Both the position numbers and the translations under genes were made by a program. Below, one piece after another: positions 10,427-17,809 of a stretch of DNA of 32,000 bases. The stretch covers positions 420,001-452,000 of the forward strand of contig NC_010163.1 of assembly GCF_000018785.1 (NCBI RefSeq). The letters run 5' to 3'. Within the stretch, counting starts at the first letter, position 1. Each line of letters starts with the position of its first letter. The stretch is from Acholeplasma laidlawii PG-8A (GTDB lineage Bacteria > Bacillota_I > Bacilli_A > Acholeplasmatales > Acholeplasmataceae). The notes under the pieces are model-generated. The model saw only the letters and a program-made list of their open reading frames with translations. It ran no database searches and had not been told where the DNA came from.

Positions 10427-11452
10427 ATGAATATATTAAATAAACTGATAAAGGAAACTAGTAAAATTGATTTCTTGTTTCCTAATACCTTTGAACAGTT
10501 GATGAATGATGAATACTACGACTATGACAAATTTGAGTGGTTTTTATATTATGTATTTAAAATGAATGGTTCAAATGTTAGAAAACTAGGTAAAAAGGGA
10601 CAGGGTGATGGTGGTGCAGATCTTATCGTCTCAGATAAACTTGCAGATGGTGGTGTAAGAAGAATTGGTATACAAGCCAAATACTGGAAGAATAAGGTTG
10701 GGGCAGGTCCTATCAATCAACTTGCAAGTGCTAAAAGCCGTCTAGATCTTACTGATTTATGGATTATCACAACATCTGATTTAACAACTGATGCAAAGGA
10801 AATCGCTGAATCCATGGATATAAAAATATTACGTGGTGAAGATGTAACAAATCTAATAGAGCATGTTAAAAGTATTTATGAGAATGATATTAAAGAAAAA
10901 GGCGATTCACCTATTGAATTTATCAAAGAGGAACCGGTTAAAGTTGATACTAAAGTAGAAGCTAAAAATGAAGATGATAATGAAGATTCTGATTTGGTCA
11001 AGAAATTTAAGACACTTAGATTACAATTGGCTAAGGAACATAAGATGTATCCTTTGTATAATGTATACAACAATGCCATGATTGATGATGTCATAGCAGC
11101 AAATCCAAAAACAAAAGAGGAACTGGCTAATGTTAAGGGATTTGGTCCACACAAGGTTAACCTATTTGGTGATGCTATTATCAAACTATTAAAAGATAAT
11201 GCAGTTACTTCTAATGAAGAAACTATCGATAAAGATAGTGAGTTATTTCAAAAACTAATTGCTGAACGTCCAAGAATCTCTAAATTTAATAAAATTCCGG
11301 TAGAAGCAGTTTACACAGATCAAGTAGCTAAGAATTTAGCTAAGATGAAACCTAAAAAGATAGAATATTTAGAAAAGATATTTGGTTTTGATAAAAAGAA
11401 TATAGAAATATTTGGAGAATACCTTGTAAACTTTATTTCCAAAAACTCTTAA
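10427..11452 (+). CDS. Mrr-like restriction endonuclease domain fused to HRDC-like C-terminal domains
   Basis: Mrr PD-(D/E)xK pattern: FEWFLYYVFKMNGSNVRKLGKKGQGDGGADLIV..IGIQAKYWKNKVGAGPINQLASAKSRL..LWIITTSDLTTDAKEIAE. HRDC-like FKTLRLQLAKEHKMYPLYNVYNNAMIDDVIAANPKTKEELANVKGFGPHKVNLFGDAIIKLL, then a second similar segment to the C-terminus. Confidence 0.85.
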   Translation: MNILNKLIKETSKIDFLFPNTFEQLMNDEYYDYDKFEWFLYYVFKMNGSNVRKLGKKGQGDGGADLIVSDKLADGGVRRIGIQAKYWKNKVGAGPINQLASAKSRLDLTDLWIITTSDLTTDAKEIAESMDIKILRGEDVTNLIEHVKSIYENDIKEKGDSPIEFIKEEPVKVDTKVEAKNEDDNEDSDLVKKFKTLRLQLAKEHKMYPLYNVYNNAMIDDVIAANPKTKEELANVKGFGPHKVNLFGDAIIKLLKDNAVTSNEETIDKDSELFQKLIAERPRISKFNKIPVEAVYTDQVAKNLAKMKPKKIEYLEKIFGFDKKNIEIFGEYLVNFISKNS

Positions 11453-11506
11453 AGTTCATTACTTAATTGCCGATATTTTTAACATTTGATGTAAAAGAGG
11501 TAATAT

Positions 11507-12520
11507 ATGAAAAACTACGCTGTTATACTCAAATTTGATAAACGAAGTGAAAATCAAATCCAAAAACTAATACATAAGTTAAACAAGGAACTTGGGGTTG
11601 ATTATCTGATACCACCACATATTACACTGGGTGTTTTTCAAACTGATGATTTAGATAAATATGTAGATAAATTTAATATTTACTCAAGAAAACTAAGAAC
11701 AGGTGAAGTCATATTTGCATCTTTAGGACAGTTTGTACCTAAAGTAATTTATCTTGCACCACTTATGAATGAAGTGTTGTTATACAACCATAGTGTTATA
11801 AGTGAAATGCTTGAAGACCTTGTAGGCCAGGATGAGTTAATATCAAACTATGCACACTATCAAAAAGATCAATGGCAACCACACTGTACGCTAGGTGCTA
11901 AGTTAGACACTAAAAAGATGCTAACGGGTTTGGTTTCTATGGTTAAAGACTTTAAACCTATTATTGGTAAAATTAAAAGTGTGTCTATTGTTGAAGGTGA
12001 ACCTTATTTAGAACTACAAGCACTCTCAAAAACTATTAGGACAAAATCAGATACACATCAATTATCAACTTATTCAGTTAAGGTGATTAGCAAAATCATT
12101 GTAGAAGGCTCACCTGAGTTTACTGATAAAAACTATTCTGATGATATAAACTACTATGAAGAACAAGTTTTACTCTTTGAAGCCAACTCATCAGATGATG
12201 CTTATGAAAAAGCTGAAAGATATATGGCTAAAGTAATGCTTATTGGACCTCACAAAAATATTTATGGACAAACTGTTAGATATGAGGTTTTAGAATATGT
12301 AGATTGCTATGAGTTATTTGAAAAGCCATCTAACCAAGAACCTGAAGTATACTCAAGTATGTACTTTGTTCCTAAAGAAGTTTCTGATGAAGTGTTTTTA
12401 TCAAATCGATTTAATTACTATATTGATGATGAAGAACAGGATAAGCATGATAAGTGGGAAGATAGTAAAAGAAAAGTTATTTTAAACGCCGAATTTGAAA
12501 AACTATTTAAAATACGATAA
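11507..12520 (+). CDS. 2H phosphoesterase (2'-5' RNA ligase superfamily)-like domain fused to DUF4288-like domain
   Basis: Paired HxT motifs: PPHITLGVF (H38-I-T40) and QPHCTLG (H126-C-T128). C-terminal YSVKVISKIIVEG..YYEEQVLLFEANSSDDAYEKAERYM..YGQTVRYEVLEYVDCYELF..EVYSSMYF resembles DUF4288. Confidence 0.75.
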   Translation: MKNYAVILKFDKRSENQIQKLIHKLNKELGVDYLIPPHITLGVFQTDDLDKYVDKFNIYSRKLRTGEVIFASLGQFVPKVIYLAPLMNEVLLYNHSVISEMLEDLVGQDELISNYAHYQKDQWQPHCTLGAKLDTKKMLTGLVSMVKDFKPIIGKIKSVSIVEGEPYLELQALSKTIRTKSDTHQLSTYSVKVISKIIVEGSPEFTDKNYSDDINYYEEQVLLFEANSSDDAYEKAERYMAKVMLIGPHKNIYGQTVRYEVLEYVDCYELFEKPSNQEPEVYSSMYFVPKEVSDEVFLSNRFNYYIDDEEQDKHDKWEDSKRKVILNAEFEKLFKIR

Positions 12521-12547
12521 ATACGATCCAATCGGATTGTATTTTTA
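12520..12547 (+). terminator. Intrinsic terminator after the 2H/DUF4288 gene
   Basis: AATACGATCC / GGATTGTATT (one G-U pair), loop AATC, then T-run. Confidence 0.85.
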
Positions 12548-12610
12548 TTAGAAGCATTAAACATTTACCGGTTTAGTGATAAAATAGAAGTATATGGGGA
12601 GGTTATACTT

Positions 12611-13570
12611 ATGAAAGTTATAACAATAGGTGAACTATTAATAGATTTCATACCTAAGGAAAAAGGTGTAAATCTAAAAGGAGTCCAAAACTTTATAAAA
12701 CATGCAGGTGGAGCACCAGCAAATGTAGCAGCAGTGGTTGCTAAACTTGGTGGTGAGTCTATATTTTTAGGACAAGTTGGTCATGACAGTTTCGGTAGTT
12801 ATTTGATTGATAAACTAAAATCATTTAATGTAGAAACTAAATATATTCACCAAACATCTAAAAGACCAACATCACTGGCGTTTGTGAGTTTAACAGATGT
12901 AGGTGATAGAGATTTTGTATTCTATAGAAATCCCGGTGCGGATGAATTATATGAAGCATCTATGGTGCCTAAAAAAGAATTTGACAGAAACATCCTACAT
13001 TTTTGCTCTGTATCACTAACAGATAACCCAATTAAAGAAGCACACATCAAAGCGATTGAACTTACTAGAAAGCATAACGGATTAGTAAGCTTTGATCCAA
13101 ATATTAGACTGGCGTTATGGCAAGACCATAAAAAAATGCTGGATGTCATTTATGAATTCTTACACTTAACAGATATCGTTAAAGTATCTAGTGATGAACT
13201 AAACTTTATGACAGGCTTTGATGATGAACAAGTAGCGATTAAATCCCTATTTGTTGGTCAAGTGAAAGTAGTCATCGTGACTAAAGGTAAAGAAGGTTCT
13301 AGACTATACTTTAAAGATATTGATGCAGTCATTAAACATCCTGGATTTACAATAAATAGTATTGATACCACAGGTGCAGGCGATGCATTTATGGGTGCCT
13401 TCCTATATCAACTCAGTAAAAACAATCTTATCTTAAATCAATATAACAGTTATGACATTTTAAAATTTGCAAATGCCTATGCAGCACTATCTACTACAAA
13501 ACTAGGAGCAATGGAAAATATTCCTAGTCTTGAAGAAGTTGATGCAATGATTAATAACTACAAAGAATGA
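12611..13570 (+). CDS. scrK: PfkB-family carbohydrate kinase, probable fructokinase
   Basis: GELLIDFIPKEKG, HAGGAPANVAAVVAKLGG, FYRNPGADELY, FDPNIRLALW, NSIDTTGAGDAFMGAFLYQL; gaggtt RBS. Confidence 0.88.
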   Translation: MKVITIGELLIDFIPKEKGVNLKGVQNFIKHAGGAPANVAAVVAKLGGESIFLGQVGHDSFGSYLIDKLKSFNVETKYIHQTSKRPTSLAFVSLTDVGDRDFVFYRNPGADELYEASMVPKKEFDRNILHFCSVSLTDNPIKEAHIKAIELTRKHNGLVSFDPNIRLALWQDHKKMLDVIYEFLHLTDIVKVSSDELNFMTGFDDEQVAIKSLFVGQVKVVIVTKGKEGSRLYFKDIDAVIKHPGFTINSIDTTGAGDAFMGAFLYQLSKNNLILNQYNSYDILKFANAYAALSTTKLGAMENIPSLEEVDAMINNYKE

Positions 13571-13721
13571 TGTTTAATAGCCTTATAAGGCACTTATACG
13601 CCGATTATCAACCGTATTCACTATTCAAATAAGACCGCTTTCGCGGCCTAACTAAGGTTTCAAATGTATATAAATCATAGTATTTACATTATGTAAAATA
13701 TGCTAATTACTACAAAATATC

Positions 13722-13755
13722 ATCACCAAGCAGTTAACTGCTATGGTGATTTTTT
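13722..13755 (+). terminator. Strong intrinsic terminator
   Basis: ATCACCAAGCAG / CTGCT(A)TGGTGAT stem with TTAA loop then TTTTTT. Confidence 0.9.
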
Positions 13756-13782
13756 GTATCTAAAATGATGTGTATTTTCAAC

Positions 13783-13811
13783 TTGCTTTCATCAAATTGC
13801 TTGTATATAAT
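13783..13811 (+). promoter_or_regulatory. Putative promoter of the Y-family polymerase gene
   Basis: TTGCTT (13783-13788), 17-nt spacer, TATAAT (13806-13811); RBS gggagg at about 13822. Confidence 0.75.
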
Positions 13812-13836
13812 GAAGAAACTAGGGAGGCGAAATAAA

Positions 13837-15111
13837 ATGGAAGACCTTAAAATATACCAACTAAATAAAACAATTTTATGTATCGATCTTAAAAGTTTTT
13901 ATGCATCAGTTGAATGTGTTTTAAGAGGACTCGATCCATTTAAAACACCACTAGTTGTTGCTGATAAATCTAGGGGCGGTGGCTCTATTGTACTTGCGGT
14001 GTCACCTTACTTAAAATCTTTAGGTGTACCTTCACGCTGCAGAATATTTGAACTACCTGAGGATTTAAACATCATTTATGCAAAACCTCAGATGCAAACA
14101 TATCTAGAATATTCAGCATCAGTCATTGGCGTCTATCTAGATTTTATAAGTGAAGCTGATCTTTATGTATATTCTATTGATGAAGCATTTCTAGATTTAA
14201 CAAGTTACCTAGCATATTATAAAAAGACAGATATAGAACTTGCAGAAGAAATACTAAATACCATTACATCTAAATTAGGTTTAACTGCAACGTGTGGTAT
14301 TGGACCTAATATGATAATGTCTAAATTAAGTATGGATATTGAAGCTAAAAAGAACCCTAATAATATTGCTAAATGGAACTATGATGATATTAAAGATCAC
14401 TTATGGCCAGTGACACCACTTTCTAAAATGTGGGGGATTGGTCATCGAATGGAATCCCATTTAAATAAGCTTGGATTATTTACGATAGGAGATATCGCAA
14501 ACTATCCTAAAGAGAAGTTAAAACGTAGATTTGGTGTCTTAGGAGAAGAGTTATGGTATCACACCCATGGCATCGATCTAAGTGAAATTAAAGATAAATA
14601 TAAACTTAGAACAAAACCTAAATCATTTGGTTCTGGTCAAGTGCTATTCAGAGATTATAGTGAAACGGAAATCATGACCATTATATTAGAGATGGTAGAT
14701 GATGTAACGCGTAGACTTAGAATTGCTAAAAAGCGTGCCCAAACGATTAGTCTATCTATAGGCTATACTAAAAGTGTAGCCGGTGGTTTTTCTAGACAAG
14801 TAACGCTTGAACAACCCACATCATCTGAAGCTACCATATATCAAACATGTCAAGACTTATTTGATATGTATTATGAAGGGTATCCAATTCGTACAGTAGG
14901 TGTACACCTTTCTAAATTAACAGATAGTAAAGTATATCAATATTCATTATTTGAAGATGCACATCAGTTAGAAAAAGAATACCAACTCCATATGACAATG
15001 GATAAAATCAAACATAAATTTGGTAAAAATTCAGTTATTAGATTATCTTCTGAACAAGAACATGCAACTGCCAAACAAAGAAACAAACAAATAGGTGGCC
15101 ATCATGTATAA
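13837..15111 (+). CDS. Y-family DNA polymerase (UvrX/ImpB/MucB/SamB type)
   Basis: ILCIDLKSFYASVECVLRGLDPFKTPLVVAD, VYSIDEAFLDLT, TATCGIGPNMIMSKLSMDIEAKK, LWPVTPLSKMWGIGHRMESHL. Internal ATG at 13837 has the RBS; the track ORF starts upstream at 13765. Confidence 0.93.
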   Translation: MEDLKIYQLNKTILCIDLKSFYASVECVLRGLDPFKTPLVVADKSRGGGSIVLAVSPYLKSLGVPSRCRIFELPEDLNIIYAKPQMQTYLEYSASVIGVYLDFISEADLYVYSIDEAFLDLTSYLAYYKKTDIELAEEILNTITSKLGLTATCGIGPNMIMSKLSMDIEAKKNPNNIAKWNYDDIKDHLWPVTPLSKMWGIGHRMESHLNKLGLFTIGDIANYPKEKLKRRFGVLGEELWYHTHGIDLSEIKDKYKLRTKPKSFGSGQVLFRDYSETEIMTIILEMVDDVTRRLRIAKKRAQTISLSIGYTKSVAGGFSRQVTLEQPTSSEATIYQTCQDLFDMYYEGYPIRTVGVHLSKLTDSKVYQYSLFEDAHQLEKEYQLHMTMDKIKHKFGKNSVIRLSSEQEHATAKQRNKQIGGHHV

Positions 15112-15433
15112 GGATAGAGGCATTATTAAGTGGGCACCATTTGATGCATTAAATGGATTTCATGAAACAATTGAAGCCTATAAATATGAAAAAGGTAAAA
15201 AGGATAGACCAATACTTTTAGAAGATAAGTTAAATAAACTAGATGAACTACTTAAGGAAGCTATAGAAAACAGGTTAGATATTCAAATTTACTATTATTA
15301 TGACGGCTATATTAAAAATATCTATGGTCATGTTAAAAAGCTAGATCGCAATTATAGATATATGATATTGGATAATGGCATTAGATTAGCCTTAGATGAT
15401 ATTGTAGATATCATACATCTACCTAAGGATTAA
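15095..15433 (+). CDS. YolD-like family protein
   Basis: MYKDRGIIKWAPFDALNGFHE..DNGIRLALDDIVDI; overlaps the upstream Y-family polymerase gene, the usual YolD/UvrX pairing. ATG at 15104 is an alternative start. Confidence 0.85.
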   Translation: MAIMYKDRGIIKWAPFDALNGFHETIEAYKYEKGKKDRPILLEDKLNKLDELLKEAIENRLDIQIYYYYDGYIKNIYGHVKKLDRNYRYMILDNGIRLALDDIVDIIHLPKD

Positions 15434-15540
15434 TGATTTGATAAAAGTATAAAATGTGTAAACAGTTCACACATTTCGATTATGAAAAACGTCTTAACTG
15501 GGCAGTTTATGTTAAAAAATACACTGTGAAACGCTTACAT

Positions 15541-15578
15541 AAAATGATTTGATAAACCGAGTTTACAAATCATTTTTT
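15541..15578 (+). terminator. Intrinsic terminator after the yolD-like gene
   Basis: AAAATGATTTG(a)TAAAC - CGA - GTTTACAAATCATTTT followed by T-run. Confidence 0.85.
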
Positions 15579-15607
15579 ATGGCCTATAATAGTTAGGTAC
15601 CTAACTA
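15562..15607 (+). promoter_or_regulatory. marR promoter with 18-bp operator palindrome
   Basis: TTTACA (15562-15567), 17-nt spacer, TATAAT (15585-15590); perfect palindrome TAGTTAGGTACCTAACTA at 15590-15607, just before the RBS aggag. Confidence 0.85.
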
Positions 15608-15623
15608 ATAAGGAGTGATATCA

Positions 15624-16058
15624 GTGGAAAAACAACTCATAAAAGAATTGTTTATATTAACAAGTAAATTAAAAAGAATAATGGATAAAAAATATCTGGA
15701 AAATGATTTACATACTGGCCAAGCTAGAGTTTTAATGTATTTACATAGAAATCAGAGCGAGGTTGTATATCAAAAAGATATAGAAGCCTTTTTTCAAATC
15801 CGTGGTGGTACAGTCACGGGTATGATAGATACTTTACAAAATTATGAATATATTCAAAGAATAGATTCAGAGATTGATAAAAGAAAAAAACGTATTGTAT
15901 TAACACCTAAAGGTGAAGAGGTCGCATTAAGTGCGGTTAAAACAACACAAGATATGGAAAATAATATCTATGAGTTATTAACAGGTCAAGAACTTTTAGT
16001 ATTTCAAGGTGTTGTTGAAAAGATGAATAAATTTATAGATGAGGAGGAAGCAAATTGA
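15624..16058 (+). CDS. MarR-family transcriptional regulator
   Basis: TGQARVLMYLHRNQ..VYQKDIEAFFQIRGGTVTGMIDTLQNYEYIQRIDSEIDKRKKRIVLTPKGEEVA. GTG at 15624 suits the RBS; the track ORF starts at 15615. Confidence 0.92.
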   Translation: MEKQLIKELFILTSKLKRIMDKKYLENDLHTGQARVLMYLHRNQSEVVYQKDIEAFFQIRGGTVTGMIDTLQNYEYIQRIDSEIDKRKKRIVLTPKGEEVALSAVKTTQDMENNIYELLTGQELLVFQGVVEKMNKFIDEEEAN

Positions 16059-17809
16059 GAAAGTTATTTAAATATTTTAATACCGTTAAAAAAGAGTTGT
16101 TTCTAATTCCTATTTTAATTATTGTTGAGGTTATATTTGAAATACTTATTCCTATATTTATGAGTAAGTTAATTGATGATGGGGTAAACGCGGTAGATAG
16201 TTTTGGTGTAGCTAGTCCTAATAAAGAAGTTATTCTTTATTACGGTGCACTCATGATTATTTCAGCAGTGATTGCTTTAGTATTTGGTGTTTTAGTTACT
16301 AAAACAGCAGCTAAGGTATCTACTGAGTTTGGTCATAATCTTCGTCAAGCACAGTTTGAAAAGATTCAAACTTATTCATTTGAAAACATAGACAACTTTA
16401 AAACATCTAGTTTAATTACTAGAATGACAATGGATGTCAATATGATTCAACAATCTTTAAATATGACATTAAGAGTGGCATTAAGAGCTCCTGCATTACT
16501 GATTTTTTCTATTGGTAGTATTGCAATATTTGCAGGTACTTTAGCAGCAATATTTGTCATTGTAGTACCTATTTTAGTGATTGGGTTTTACTTGATCTTA
16601 AGCAGAGCACATAAATACTTTATTAAGATGTTTACTAAAATTGACCATTTAAACCTTACAATTCAAGAAGATTTAATCGGTATACGTACTGTAAAGTCTT
16701 TTGTAAGAGAAGATTATGAAACAAATCGTTTTGATAGAGCTACAAAAGATGTAAGAGATATATCGGTTAAAGCTGAAAAAATCATTACATTTAATAGACC
16801 ATTAATGCAATTTTCGATCGGACTAAGTTTCGTGCTTATTGGGTGGTTTGGTTCTCAAATGATGAGTATTGGTGACTTAACAGAAGGTCAGTTTGCTAAT
16901 ACAATTACATATGTAAACCAAGTATTATTTAGTTTACTCATGCTTAGTCAAATATTTTTAATGTTTGCGATGTCAAGAGCATCGATTGCTCGTATTAATG
17001 AAGTATTGGATGAAGAACCGTACTTAAAGGAAACTGAAAATCCAGTACATGACGTTCTAGATGGTTCATTTAGTTTTAATCAGGTAAGTTTTAAGTATGG
17101 ACAAATGTCAGATAAATATGTTCTAAAAGATGTGAATTTAAAAGTAGAAAGTGGATCATATGTAGGTATTTTTGGATCGACTGGTACAGGTAAATCAACT
17201 CTTGTCCAATTGCTTGCTAGACTTTATGATACAACAAGTGGAGAAGTTCTAGTGGGTGGTAAAAACGTAAAAGACTATGGTTTAGAGGCATTAAGAAAAG
17301 AAGTTATTTTAGTACTTCAAAAAAATGTATTATTTAGTGGTACGGTTCGTGAAAACATCCAGTGGGGTAAAAAAGATGCCACTGATGAAGAAATCATTCA
17401 AGTGTTAAAACAAGCCCAAGCTTATGATTTTGTGATGGCAATGGAAAAAGGATTAGACACACATATTGAACAAGGTGGTGTCAACTTAAGTGGTGGACAA
17501 CGCCAACGCTTAACGATTGCTAGAGCATTAATTGGAAGTCCTAAAATATTAATACTAGATGACTCTACATCTGCAGTAGATACTAAAACAGATGCATTAA
17601 TTAGAGAAGCATTTAGAAAAGATATGCCACATATGACAAAAGTTGTCATCAGTCAAAGATTAAGTTCAATTGAAGATGCCAATCAAATTATATTAATGGA
17701 TGAACAAGGTATCAATTCAATTGGTACACATGAAGAATTATATCAACATAATGCAATGTATAAGACGATATATGATGCACAAAGCAAATCAAAGGAGGTA
17801 GAAGAATAA
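16055..17809 (+). CDS. ABC multidrug-type exporter half, permease-ATPase
   Basis: N-terminal TMD plus GSTGTGKSTL Walker A, NLSGGQRQRLTIARAL signature, ILILDDSTSAVD Walker B. Confidence 0.96.
   Translation: MRKLFKYFNTVKKELFLIPILIIVEVIFEILIPIFMSKLIDDGVNAVDSFGVASPNKEVILYYGALMIISAVIALVFGVLVTKTAAKVSTEFGHNLRQAQFEKIQTYSFENIDNFKTSSLITRMTMDVNMIQQSLNMTLRVALRAPALLIFSIGSIAIFAGTLAAIFVIVVPILVIGFYLILSRAHKYFIKMFTKIDHLNLTIQEDLIGIRTVKSFVREDYETNRFDRATKDVRDISVKAEKIITFNRPLMQFSIGLSFVLIGWFGSQMMSIGDLTEGQFANTITYVNQVLFSLLMLSQIFLMFAMSRASIARINEVLDEEPYLKETENPVHDVLDGSFSFNQVSFKYGQMSDKYVLKDVNLKVESGSYVGIFGSTGTGKSTLVQLLARLYDTTSGEVLVGGKNVKDYGLEALRKEVILVLQKNVLFSGTVRENIQWGKKDATDEEIIQVLKQAQAYDFVMAMEKGLDTHIEQGGVNLSGGQRQRLTIARALIGSPKILILDDSTSAVDTKTDALIREAFRKDMPHMTKVVISQRLSSIEDANQIILMDEQGINSIGTHEELYQHNAMYKTIYDAQSKSKEVEE

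Noticed and set aside
12531-12537. ATCGGAT shared with the tRNA-Arg 3' end as a possible att duplicate
   Set aside because: Seven bases is chance-level and lies in a terminator hairpin; no integrase found.
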